Below, piece by piece: positions 36,633 to 49,900 of a stretch of DNA of 64,000 bases. The DNA is taken from positions 62,001 to 126,000 of the forward strand of contig JBPGPT010000037.1 in the NCBI GenBank assembly GCA_051047955.1, read 5' to 3'. The notes below the pieces were generated by a model. It did not search any database. It was not told the DNA's origin and was given only the letters and a program-made list of their open reading frames with translations. The position numbers and the translations under genes are program-made. Source of the stretch: Cystobasidiomycetes sp. EMM_F5 (lineage: Eukaryota). Positions within the stretch are counted from its first letter, which is position 1. Each line of letters opens with the position of its first letter.

Positions 36633-38727
36633 TCAATCCGCCATGACAATATCGTCTCGCTCTACAGTTCTCCTGCCCGCTTCGGGGCGGCTTGATCTCC
36701 TTCGCGGACTGACTGGTGTATGTCCTCTAGCTCCGCTGCCTGGTGGTGGAAGTTCCTCATTCTTGTACCCAGTATTGTGTGGGGACGCCATACTGTGACG
36801 ACCTGCTTCACCTCTGGACAGTTCTGCAGACGAGCGCGTAGGAGTTGCTGAGGAACTAGCTGAGATGCCATAGTTCCTTTCTGCACGGCGAGTCAGAATC
36901 TCCACGACTGGTCCAAGAAGACGAGTAAACGCCTTTTCCCCTAGCGTAGCGACACGAAGCCGTCCAGAACCTGGAAGTGGACGCACTGTGGCTGCGCGTG
37001 GAGCAGAGTTGAGCAGTGCGAGTTCACCAAAGTAGTCGCCTTTGGACAGCGTTCCAACTCTCTCGAGCCGACCATCAGACTTCTTCTTGAGGACTTCTGC
37101 CCGACCTGATTCGATAATGTAAAAGTTCTTGCCAAGTTCGCCTTCTCGTACGACGTCTTCGCCTTCCTCATACACCCGTTCCTCGAGAGCATCCGCAATC
37201 TTTGATCGTTCGTGACCTTCAAGTGAGACGAGAATGGGTACCTCGGCCAAGAATTGCTCGTACATTCTACGTTTCTTGTGCGTATGCTCCATGAGGATTG
37301 TGCGGAATGTTACTCTGTCAAGGGCCCACACCAGTGCATTCGGAGAGTTGCATACTACTGTGGCTGCACGTGGGGCGTTATACATGAGAGCCAGCTCTCC
37401 AAAAGACCCTCCAGGTCCAATAGTAGCGACGAGTTTACTACCATCCGAGCGAACGGAACCGTCCGATTCGCCATGCACGGTAGTAGTGTCATCGCGCTGA
37501 GACTCTGGGTCGCCGGCTACTCCAGGACTCATTGATCGCGAACGAAGTCCGCCAGGTGCAGTAGCTGAAGCAGGCGAGACAATTGTACCAGACTGGGCAG
37601 ATGCAGCTCGTACCCAAACCTGGAATTCGCCCGATTCGACGACATAGAAAAAGTCTCCTACAGCGCCTTGAACAATGACTTCTGTACCTTTGGCGACCTT
37701 GACCTCCTTCATTGCATTGAGCACGTCTGCATGCTGCTCTTCATCTAGGTTGCGGAACAGCAGGTTCTTTTCAATGGACGTTTCGATACGTGACCTCTGC
37801 GACGAGGTTTTTGGAATAATAGTCTTGGGAAGTGGGACGCTCGAAGCGCTGGGATCGATAGACTCTGCTGAAACTGATGTACGACGGCCCAGGTTGTAAC
37901 CAGCGGGTATACCGTTGTCTGTGCGTGCGCCGCCAGTAGGAAGTGTAGACATCCTGTCGCGGGATCCTGATCCGTTGACACCGCTAGAAGGGCGGTCTGC
38001 ACTCGAAGGACGAGTCTCTTCGTCGGAATCGTGCATGTCGTTGCCAATGTATCCACCTGCCGAATTGGGCGGCAGAGTCGCGCTACTGGGTGCAGGAGGT
38101 AAGCCACCTCCCGAGGCGCCAAAGGAACGATTCCACGATATTCCACTTGTTGGAGTACTGGAAGAGGGGTTCCCATTCGTTGCGCCGCTACCGCTTGCCG
38201 GACGAGCTGCAGATGTGGACGAGAGTCTAAGAACTGGGGGAATTTCCGAGTATGGAGAAGGACCAGCGGAGGATACGTTGAGGCCCAAGTTGTACTGATG
38301 CTGCATATTCGCTTCCGGAAGCATATCTCGTGGGACTGCAGGAACAGGGGGAATAGCGCCACCTCCTACTGGCGACGTCGGCGACGACGCCCCAAACGAG
38401 TAACCGCCAGAGGCGAGCGAGGGCAGTGAGCCCTTCTTCCGGAGAGCATTTCCAGGAATGCCAGCTCCAAAAGGCGACGATAGCGACTTTGATCTTCCTG
38501 CTGCAGCTTCGGCCTGAGCGATTGAAGCACGACCGGCTATCCGCTGCTCCTCCAGCTTTGCATTGAACTGGTCGATGGCAGGATACTGTCAGCAGGTGTG
38601 CAGGTATGACTGAGTGACCCCAACCCACCCAATTTGCGCAGAATTGCAAAACATCCTCTGGCTGCGACACTGCCACTGCCTTGTTCAAGTCTTGGAGAAT
38701 AGCGGCGTAGACTGGCGAGAGAGCCAT
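36633..38727 (-). CDS. BCY1: cAMP-dependent protein kinase regulatory subunit
   Basis: RIIa-type docking domain (QPEDVLQFCANWFN), inhibitor site RRTSVSAES, two cNMP domains (FGELALMYNAPRAATV; YFGELALLNSAPRAATV). Confidence 0.96.
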
Positions 38728-40303
38728 GGTGGTACTTGTATGATTTGAGAGTTGCTGCTGGGATATCGGTACTGGTTCGGTGATTGCGCTTCACTATCAA
38801 TGTCGTCGCTGTTGCTGCCCCTGGATATGATATGATATGATGTGCAATCCAAGAGCTGGCGAGTGTTTGCAGCTGCAGTCCGTAGCAGCGATACCCAGAC
38901 TGAAGGAGCAGCTGGGTCAGTCGCAGTCTCAATTTGGACTGCCTTGATTTAATGGCCAGACCCAAAACCGGCACGACTGGGCGGGCGCGACGTTGCCTGA
39001 TCAGGCCTTGATGGGGCAACTCTGGATATGGAGGCTGGAGGACTGACAATTGTATTGATATTGCGGCTAATGGCAACGCTATTCCATTCTACGGTACACT
39101 ACTGCTGCAGGGCATTGAGCCTAGGCGTACTGACCCGGTGTAGGGCCATCACAATCCGAACGGTGCGGGAGTAGCCACGAAGTTGGCAAATGATACTTTG
39201 CGCATGTGCAGCAGTCGTGTGCTGATGCTGGATGCCTGCGTTGAATCCATTCTTGCCGTTCCTTGAATCGTCTCGGCTGTTGATGGCGGCCCTTAGATTA
39301 TCGAGGTTATCGCGTATAGTATCGATGCCGCATCAGGCAGGAGCCACCCTCACGCAATTAGCATGCACTTCAGTTGTGGAACGATACGTCGAAGCGGACA
39401 AAGCGGTAGATGGACATTGTGCAGTGCTCTGTGCTTGCACAATTACGAGCGTGTTGTCTCGTTCCAAGCGAGGGTCCTAAGATGACCCAAGTGAGCATGT
39501 CAGCAAGTAAAGTGCTGAGAATCAGCATCGGAATATCTGTACTGTGCTATCTGCTGTCTGCAAGTGTCAGCACTGACTCGCCGCGCACAAGTTTCTGTTT
39601 ACAAGTTTTTCGTAATCTCAGCTTTGACGCTCAGCTCCGCTTCATTCGAGTGACATGAGGTTGCGTTAGAGGGATTTGCCAGAGCTGTGGTGCACTGACG
39701 CGGACGCATTTGACGACGGCACTGTCCGCACAGTCGCTTGGGAGCATTCGCTAGATTACTTCGTATCGCAGCTCAGGCCTCCATCAGCACGACTGGAGTC
39801 CCGAATGACGAGAATACGTTCAGCAGAATAGCCTCCAGGTGCTGCAAAGATCAGCTCGGACAGTTCAGCAGCCTCACAGATTGTCTTCCTTCTTTCCAGT
39901 TGGCGAGACGGAAACGAGTACCCGTTATACGCTGACGAGGGTAATATCTAGTGCTCGGTACTGATCGATGGCAACGCAGCAGACTGACATCAACACATTG
40001 ATCGCATTCCCCACTCTCACAATAGTAATCCCTTCGTCCGCCTTTTCCGCGTTGTCTCATCGTGTCAATCCGAGTTCTGATAACAACTGCGCGAGACTTG
40101 AAAGCAAGTGAGTACAATCGCATCCCCCGCGGTCATAATACGTGAGCAAGTCCCTTGCGATGTTTGCATTCCTTGCACATGGGTTTGCTGTTCGAGCACC
40201 TCCGTCACAAAACCGCACCGACCCTCTCAATACTTTACACTACAGCTATTCAGCATGCTGATGCCATCAATATTGTTATTCATAGACTATCCCTTCCACA
40301 ACC

Positions 40304-43300
40304 ATGCCTTCGAGGCTGGACGTCCTGTCCACCAGCAGAAATGCCAGATTCTACCCTACACAATCCTCCACAACCCCGACTGCCTCTTCCCATGACCGCT
40401 CTGAATCCGTCTTCACTACCGATAGCGGTGTCGGCGGTTCTCGCTCCACATCCCGTCCAGCCCGTGCCGGCAGTACATTCGGAGCACGATCTAGATTTGC
40501 AAAGAATCGCTTCTGTCGTGCCCCTAGTACTTTTTCATCCGCAGGTGGCGGATCTTCTCTGCGCACGTCGACAGTCCGTAATGCGGTCAGCAGGAATGCA
40601 ACTGCACAGATCATTATGGAGGCTTATGAAGATACGCATGGTAACGCTAAGCGCCATCCAGGACCGTATATTTACGGTCAGGGTCCTGGCGGCGCCCGAA
40701 GCCGGCAGCAACAGACAGTCTCCGTGACTCAAGGTCGTGCAGCTGATGACGCTAGCGGTATTGACGACCACGAGCGTGCCGCTAACGCTATCAGCGAGAC
40801 GGATGATGAATGGATCGTCGTCGTGTCTGAAGGCAAAGGCCAAGGCAGAACCGTCGGCGTTGCAGCATACCAGCCAAGCACAGCAATGTGTATTCTCACG
40901 CAGCTGAATGACAGCCAGACGTATAGTATGTTTGTCGTCTGCGAATCGCTACGTGCAAATAGCTGAATCTTTTCCCCAAACCGCAGTCAAAACGGTTCAT
41001 ACTCTTTCCGTTCGTTGGCCATCTGTTATTATCGTGATTGGTAGCTCGGGTCTGTCAGCATCCAAAATCTCAGCAGCTGTCGGATCAGCAGCAGCAGCCG
41101 CTATCGGTGGGAACAACGCTGCTTCAGGTAGAGGAGGATTGTTCAAGGTCGACGACACTCTGCTCGTCAAGACACTTCAAGCTGCATTTAGCAATAGCGC
41201 TCCCCCTACTGTTGACGAGCACGGCACTCCTTTGACAGCTACAGCGCGCGCCACCTGGGGTATGGACAATCCTGGTGTACCAGTCATCGCAATGCAAAGA
41301 CGCTACTTTGATGCCGAAGCTGGCGAAGACTTTGTCAAACAGCTCATCGTTCAGGATGACGAAACCGAGATGCATTTGTGAGCGTTCAATCACATACCCA
41401 GTATACATAGTCTGACTCGCGTCTCCAACAGATCCAATGTTCATGGCAAGTACTATGCACTTTGTGCTGTAGCCGCTCTCTTCAAGTACCTCGAAGTGCA
41501 CAAAAATTGGGTCTTTGGTAACAAATCCCTCCGCATCAAGTACCTTCCACTAGAGGGTACCATGATCATTGACAATCAGTCGGTGAAGAATTTGGAACTC
41601 ACGGAAAACGTAAGAGGTCTTGCGCAAACATGTCTACGGCTTTTATTGACGTAGATCTCGCCCAGCTAATGGATAGAAACTCCAAGCAGTCATTGCATGG
41701 CTTGCTGTGCCATTGCTACACTCCCATGGCTACGCGTCTGGTAAGACTTTCCGTAGACGCGATCCTGATTGAGGTCCTTACGAAATTGGGCAGCTGCGAA
41801 CAAACATCCTATCTCCATTGACCCAAGTCGATGTCATTGACATGCGATTGGACGTGGTTGTCGAATTAGTGCAGAACGAGGAGCTGTTTGGAGCTGTCCG
41901 CCAGGCTCTCAGAGGTTTGATGAACATTGATGCAGACAAGATTGCCGGTGATATTCTAGCGAACACAAGTTTCAAACCTGAAGAAAGTACTGCCTCGAAA
42001 CGTAGAACGTCACCTTCAGAACCCGCTAAGGAGAGCGAGCGTAAAATCCAGCTAGTCATCCATTTACGGGCATTCATCAAGGCATTACCTCGCGTAGCCA
42101 CGGCCTTGTCTGAGGCAGGAGGTGCGCAATCCTCACTACTTAAGATGATTGTCAAGATACTTGGCGATGCTCGCCTGCAAGCTATCGACACCGCCATCTG
42201 CGACACCCTCAATGAGTCGGCCTTGAATGTGAGGTTGTTTGTCATGCTTAGATTCAACACAGTCAGCTGACCCTTTCCTCGGTGGGCACAGTCAGATGCA
42301 AAGTCTGCGCTGGCGTCTCGAACGTCCCGAGTATATGCCATCAAGGCAGAGCGGAAACGCTTGCTTGATGTGGCGCGGGAAATCTATAAAGAAAATATCT
42401 CTGACGTGGACGACCTTCTCAAGGATCTCCAGTCCAAGCATGCTGATGGCTGTTTGGCAGAGATTGAGCTCCACTATGCCACTACAAGCGGCTTCAGCTT
42501 TCTGATAGGGGAAGACATCGTTGCTGAAACGATGAATGGTCATCTTCCCAAAATTTTCAACAAGATAGTAAGTTGGTGGTGGAGCCTTCATCGCGCACAA
42601 TCTCATCGAAACGCGATAGGGCAAAAAAGGAAAGAAGGTACAATTCTCCTGTGTGGAGCTGGTACGTTCAAGAGCTGGCCGTATCGATATTCGTTATGCT
42701 TATGAAATTATCGCTCAGCTGAAACGTAATGAACGCATCAAGCAGTCTCTAGATGAGGTCTTTCTGTTATCTTCCGAGTATGTTGGCAAACCTCAGCGAT
42801 GAGCTCTTCTGATTCACGACGCTTCTCAGTGTCCTCGATGAACTGCTCATCGCGGTCAGAGAGCATATCGCGGTACTGTATCGTTGTAGCGAAGTCGTCG
42901 GCATGCTGGATATGCTGGCCGGTTTTGCTCACGTAGCTACTGTCACGTCGGAATATGTAAGACCCGAGTTCACCGACACCTTGGCCATCAAGGATGGAAG
43001 ACACCCCGTAATTGGTATGTGCAAGAAGCATCGATGAAGCTGTCGCGAACGAAGCAGAGGATAACCTTTCGTGGCAGATCGCTATAGAATGGAGGAATCA
43101 TTCGTTCCAAACGATACCTACGCTACCGAGGGGAAGACTTTTCAGCTCATTACGGGAGTGAATGATGCCGTCGCCTACTTAGCGTATGTCTGGCACATCT
43201 GACAGGCTATCATTAATGCAGCCAAACATGTCTGGCAAGACAACCTTTCTAAAGCAAGTTGCTCTACTTATCGTAATGAGTCAGGTAGGCAACGAGATGT

Positions 43301-45365
43301 GTCAAAGGAGGTGTCTTGACGTATTACTCTCACAGATTGGCTCTTTCGTCCCGGCATCCTATGCCAGCTTTCGGATACATGGCGCCCTTCTAACGCGTCT
43401 GTCAAACGATGACTCCATCGAGGGCAACTTGTCGACCTTTGCACTCGAAATGCAAAGCATGGCGTAGGTTGAATCTTTCTGGCGACTCTTCATGTCTCGA
43501 CTCAAGAGGTCTTCTCAGTATGATTCTGTCCGGTTTAGCGACTGTTGAGAATGCAGTCGTCATCATCGACGAACTAGGTCGTGGGACAAGCCCGGAAGAG
43601 GGTAAGCTCATGCACGTTCACCACGATAATGAGCTTACACAAGCCGCCAGGTGTGGGCTTAGCTCATGCTTTGGCTGAAGAAATTATCAGGTCCAAGGCA
43701 AGTCTCCTTTGTTTCAGGTTGCTGGAAAGTGCTCCCTGACTTCGTCATGTCAAGGCCTTCTGCTTCTTTGCGACACAGTACGCGGCGTGACGAGCCCGAA
43801 TATGCGTTCTAGCTGATGCAATCATTCAGCTTCCTTGACCTGGCTACTACACTCTCCGTTCATCCCAACGTAGTGGTTTTGCACCTGGAAACCGACACTG
43901 CGCCAAATTTCAACTCTGACGGCTTCCAGATGAATTTCACACACAGAGTACGAGACGGAACAACCAGTGCCCAGAACTATGGCCTTGAGATTGCCAAAAT
44001 CGTGGGCCTACCCGACGCTATGCTCGACTGGGCAAAACAGGCAACTGGCAAACTTTCCGAACTAGAGGAAGTGAGGAGAAAGAGCGCTGCAGGCACCAAG
44101 GTATAGTGATATGACTTGATCGCCCCACTCTGAATTGCTGATTCCTAGTCATTGTCAAAGCTAATCAACAAGAGAAAAGTGATTCTCAATGCTGTCAGCG
44201 ATCTGCGACAAGCTTTTCGCAAGTGCGTCGAGGTCGAGCGCAAACAACAGCAGTCTGATTGTCATTTACGTTTGTTATCTGAAGTTCACTGATGTCAGAA
44301 GACGATCTACGGGAGCGCATACAATACATTGCGGATGAAGTTGTAACTGGATTGACCGCAGGAATGAGCGACGAGACGATCACCAATAGTACTAGAGATC
44401 CTAATGTCGACTCGTCGCCACCAACATCGGCATACGTGGACCTCAACGACAGCTTTTACAGCCGCAATAGCACAGCAGTCTCCACTCACGATGGACTTTC
44501 GTCGCAAGAACGTACAAAGGTTGCGACTGGTGATACACCTCCCCTGCGACCTTCCGCCTTTGCTGGACATTCGTCTACTCCAACTGCATTTGACCGTGCG
44601 AGTGATTTCGATGTAGGTACCCATAGCGATAGCGACACTCGACCGGAAGTGTCATTATCCGAGAATGGTGCTGGCGGTACCCCTCGACACGGGTCTACGC
44701 CTTTCGAAACAACGCCAAGTCGACGTCGAGAGTTCAGTCAGGTATCGCGTTTTGAGGAAGATCCAGCATTCACCGATCCAGCATATCAACAACCTCGGCA
44801 TGATTCGTTGCCTAAATTTCAGGGGTCCGCTGAACAAGATATGGATGTGGAGAGCCCTCGGCATGAGTCCTTTTTGCCTTCCGCAACGTCTCCGACTCGT
44901 CGAAGAGAGCTCAGTCAGGTTTCGCGGTTTGAGGAAGATCCAGCATTCACCGATCCAGCCTATCAACCACTTCGGCATGATTCGTTGCCTGAATTCGACG
45001 GGCTAGCTGAACAGCGTAATTTGGAATCCAGCGCCCTCTCCATCGCCCGCGAGTCAACAGTCGATACAGTTCAAAGCTCCCCACGAGTACGAATCAAAAT
45101 TGAGAAGATAGACCATGCAGATGCGGGCACCGTCGGTACCGAACCCGATACGACTGCTCCGCAGATACAGGAGCCAGATTTAAACGATACAGTGGTAAAG
45201 ATGGCTAAGCGCCATAGTCCGATCAAGACAGGCAATGATTTTTACACTCCGGGCGCAGTAGATGAGAATGACGATATACAAGACGACTCAGATTCCGACG
45301 AACAGGCCAAACGCAGAGATAGACGAGATAGCGTTTACTCGGACGACACGCTGATCACCGAATGA
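40304..45365 (+). CDS. MSH4: MutS homolog 4, meiotic crossover factor; many introns
   Basis: [22 protein letters not shown]...NLEL, Walker [44 protein letters not shown]. No mismatch-binding domain I seen. Confidence 0.9.
44721..45013 (+). repeat. Internal tandem duplication (177-nt period) in the MSH4 C-terminal tail
   Basis: [31 protein letters not shown] versus [32 protein letters not shown] 32-nt identical core starts at 44751 and 44928. Confidence 0.93.
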
Positions 45366-45562
45366 CATCCTCGCGTAAATGCGCAAGAACTGCTGAACGA
45401 TTGCGCATATAAATCAGAAAGACTAGCATAACAAGTTTACTGAGCATGTCTTCGTAGTGCAAAGTTTCAAATGCTCGGAATGATGTAGGACAGCGACATT
45501 GCAGTTCATGTATATCATTTACCTAAACAGCGAGTTTGAGAGCATGTGCGAGCCTATCGGTG

Positions 45563-46697
45563 TCAATTACGAACTTCCCTCGACCTTGCTAGAGATCTAA
45601 AACCGGTACCAACGCTATCAGTCTCGCCGTGATCAAGACGCCCCTCTTCGGATCTTTGGCGAGATTCTAGGCGCTTTTGCGCACGGAGCCTGCGTCGCTC
45701 GATCTCCTCCTCAGTAACACCAGACTCAGCTTGTGATAGAACGGAAGCATGGATGCCCATATCTTGAGCGGTCTCTGGGTCATAAGTCGAGGAGACATGC
45801 AGGCCAGACGGACGATACGGAGAGTGCGTGAGATTGCCTTTGGCAGGAGCACTATACGGACCAAAGTTACCGGAAACAGGACTGAAAGGTGCAAAAGGAC
45901 TGAATGGCGTGGCGGGTGGCTCTTCAAACTGCTCAGCTGACGACTCGCGCTCGCGGTTGTGGCGCGAGACAGAGGCAATTCGTCCAAGCAGTCGCGAAGC
46001 CAGACCAGATTTGTCATCGCCAGCAACCTGACTCTCAGTATCAATAGATAACCCCTGAGACAAAGCCTGAGCATCAGCCAGGGCCGCACTCTGAGCTGCC
46101 GACAGCGGTCGGGCGCGAGTGGCTGCCTGCGGAGTGAGGTCCAAGGCCTTCGCATCCAGATCACCGACATCTCCATTGAGACTATAGGGTGGCAGAGAAG
46201 TATCGCTGGAGTTGAAGGTTGTCAAGACTAGTCGAGCCGGTTTTCCTTTTTTACCATTTTCTGCTTGCACGGCTTCAGTGAATGAATAAATGCATAGACA
46301 TAGCCGCTTACCGACACCTCCGTCTTGGCTTGCCTGCTTGTTCTGACTATGTTTCCGCCAGACGAATACGCCGAGGCCCAAGGCCGTAGTAATGAAGGCA
46401 GCTATGCAGATAAAAAAGATGGTATCTACGGCCGATATCTTAGGTCAGCTAATTTCTTAGATGTATTGACATGCACTCACTGCCGGCATTGTCACTTCCC
46501 GAGTCGTCAGTCGGTGGTTCCGTGTCTTCAGTTTCGCCGTCAGCTGCCGCCGAGGCCTTCGCGTTTACAGCGGATTTTACGGCATGGGTTGCGGCAGTAG
46601 CGGTGGCAGCTGCTGCACGTCGGAACAGGGTGACCGTTACGGTGGTGACGCTTCCGCCTCCTGAAGTGCTGACGCCATGTGGATCGAGTACGGACAT
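45563..46697 (-). CDS. Hypothetical single-pass membrane protein
   Basis: A/T-rich N-terminal exon splices to TM IFFICIAAFITTALGLGVFVW-RKH. The cytosolic tail contains LPPY. Confidence 0.65.
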
Positions 46698-46959
46698 TGC
46701 GGGAGCCAGTGTGGAAGAAATTCAGTCACGACAAGTGACCCGAGCGTTGGAGCAGGACAAGGCCAGGAGGAGACGGAAGAGCTGAGTTTCACTCTGGAGG
46801 AACCCGCAATTGCTCAACATCACTGACACAGGAGCTCCGCCTTTACGTGTTTTCCATGACAATGTTGACGGTACTTCGCGTGCTGGTAAAGGCGGTGAAA
46901 AATCTCGGTGGCGAATGAATGTTTTGGGTTACCGTAGACTCGTGCGTGCTTTTGCATGC

Positions 46960-49900
46960 CTAGTACAGGTCCGTCACGATACCTATGGCCGAAGCTCTTA
47001 GGCGTGGTGGATGTGTCTACAGGGTCGGCACTCACCTGCAGCGACGGTCTCGCCACCGCGTCTCATTAGAATACGACCCATGCCCTTGTTGTTGGCGAAT
47101 GTTTCGATTGCAATGTTGCTACGGTTTGATCCTACCGCAGGTCTTATTTTGATCTGAACACGAGCCGAAGAGCTTTTCGAGACCATTCTGCCAGAACGCG
47201 ACTCAGTGGAGCCTCGCAGGCAGACCATGTGCGCTTATTTCCTCACCGAGGGTTTGTCTTGATGACTGCTCCAGTGGTCTTGTCCAAAGTAGCATCGATG
47301 CGTGTGATGACTGCAGACACGTCTTTGCTATGGTGGAACAGCTCGACCTGAAAGAGCAAAGACTCAGGCTTACTTCTCGCGTATTTCAAGCGGCAAGACA
47401 TACAGCACTTCCAGCTGTCAAGGGGAAACTGAGGTCAAAAGTCACGATTTGAGCCGCGAAATGGCTAGTCAGAGGGACGAGGTGTGAGGGCGAGCACAAA
47501 ATACAGCCGACGTTGACATAGACAGGGTCAATGGCAGCCAGGTATATAGTCGTATTGCTGCCCGCCACAGCGTATGATACGTTTTCTCCATCCACGTCTA
47601 TACCTACAAAACAATGGATCCGTTAGCAATCCTTCATTTTGCGGGAGACTTTAATCCGTACTTTTGACAATGCCACTTTCGTCGCCTGGCAGCACAGCTA
47701 ACCGTTCGCCAACTTGTACGATACCCGATTCGATACGACCTGATACTCCCAGGCCAGATGTCCCGGCACTCTGACTGCGGAAGACGTTGGCGATTGGTAA
47801 ACGGAGAGGTGCCTCTAATGCCCTTTCTGGCACCGCAAGCGAGTCTGTATTTAATATTTAGTTTGCCGAGTGCGGTTGAGTGTAGCGAATTCCTTACCAA
47901 GCTGATGTATCAAGGTGGGTCCACTGTACCACTTCTTGAGACTAGTGCTTGGAGGATACACGAGGTTCTCGCCGATCACCGCACCGCACGGCACAAAGGT
48001 CAATTTCGTTGCATTGTAGCCTGCCTGTTCTAGAAAAGGTTTGAGAGCGTCTACAATATAATCGTATCGTTGCTGCGACCAATCGACCTATGCCAAAACT
48101 TAGCTTTGGTGTCTGATGGCTGCATGATCTCGCTCACTGCATCAAGCTTGTTCACAGCTACGACGAGTTGCTGCACGCCAAAGCTTCTGACGAGCAGAGC
48201 GTGTTCGCGCGTTTGCCCACCGTTAATGAAGCCGCTCTCGAACCCGCCCGTACTTGCGTCTACAACTAGGAGAGCAGTGTCTGCTTGAGCTGCACCTGAA
48301 ATCATATTAGGGACAAAATCTCGATGACCTGGCGCATCTAGCAGCGTAAATTGCCGGTGGGGCGTTGAAAAGTGATCAATGCCAATATCAATCGTAACTC
48401 CCCTGTATCAATCCATTGTGAGCCAACAGGTTCTCCGCTGATATTGCGAGACTGCTTACCGTGCGCGTTCTTCCGGCAAAGCATCAAAAGCCCAGGCATA
48501 ACCGAAGCTACCTTTTCCAGCACGGTCACTCTGGCGCTGATTGTCTCTGACCGCCTTGTCCGACATCTCGCCCAGGTCCGCCAGTAGTCGGCCCATCAGA
48601 GTACTCTTGCCCGCATCAACGTGGCCGATGACTACCATTGAAATGACCGGTTTGTATCCCTCTTCAGATTCTTTAGCATGAATGTGTTCCAAAAGCTTTT
48701 CTCTGGCCATTGACACCGTCGGAAGGGTGGTCACATCTTCCTTGAGATGATCATCCGTAGCCTCGTCAGCTAAACCCAGACCATTGAGATCTTGCTGCAG
48801 CTGAGTGACGGTTTCACTCGTGCCACTTTGTGCCATTTTTACGCCCGGCTTGCTAGCAGTCGAAGCTGAAGGGCTGGCCTTGGTACTAGACAAAGCCTGA
48901 GCCTGAGCTTTAGTTGAATGCTTGTCCGCTGCTTGTACCGGCTTCGTAGGCGTCGGTAATTGCTTTCCTTGGGTTTTCGCTCCTTTAGCGGCTAATAACA
49001 AACGGCGTAACATGGTCAATAAGCGCGTCATGCAAGGACTGTGATAGACCACTGAGGGAAATGCGATGCGGAAACGGAGTAGCAGAGTCTGGTGCGTGCA
49101 GAGATTCGTGTAGCCACTCATGACCTCGCTTTTGTGGCCTTCACTGGCCTTGAGGTATATTCCGGGGGCACATCGAAGGCGGTAGTAGGCCTCCCTGACA
49201 AAACTCGAGCGAGAAGCACGTCATGTTCGACGCGAACACTTGGTGTCATAGTAGCCGCAAAAGCTGATGGCCTCGCCAGCATCGAATTCGCCGATTGAGG
49301 CGTACTGACAGCAGTCGCTTCGGGAAACAGAGACGACTGAGGCAGTTTGTCGACTTCTGCCTCTGTTGCGACAGACTGCTCCGCTGCCGCTCTATTGACT
49401 GTAGCCTTAGATACAGTCGTTTTGGATGGTCCTGCTCTGATCTTGGCTTGCAGCTTGGACAGTTTCTGCGGTTGCGGTGTACCACTTTGTACGACCTTCG
49501 CATTTAGCGCTTTCGTCGCAAATTTGCTCTGGTCGGGTCGTTCCAGAGCATTCGCTTCTGTTGACTTGCCGTTGGCCGCCTGCACGCCTTTAATTGACAG
49601 TGCGGTTTCCAATTGACTTGCTAGAGTCATATCATTTTCGACTGTAGCGCCAGATAGTGTCTCTGCGCTCGCGATAGGCGCTTCTTCTGCTTTCGAAGTA
49701 CAAGTGAAGAGAGTCGGCTATTGTCGCAACATATGTAATGAACCCGTTTGACGCGAGACGGAAGGATGTGTAAAGGGATGTATGGACATGGGTGGGGGAG
49801 GTTTAACATTTCGAAAGCTTACCTGCAGTTTTATTCGCCTTTAGCATGCTCTTTTGTTGCTGCTCTACATGCAGAGACGTTGTGTGAGCCATCCGGTTGT

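Noticed and set aside
38728..40303. Possible small gene or ncRNA in the 1.6-kb gap between the PKA regulatory subunit and MSH4
   Set aside because: Short ORFs and splice-like signals exist, but no coherent model or motif could be built. Left unannotated pending RNA-seq.
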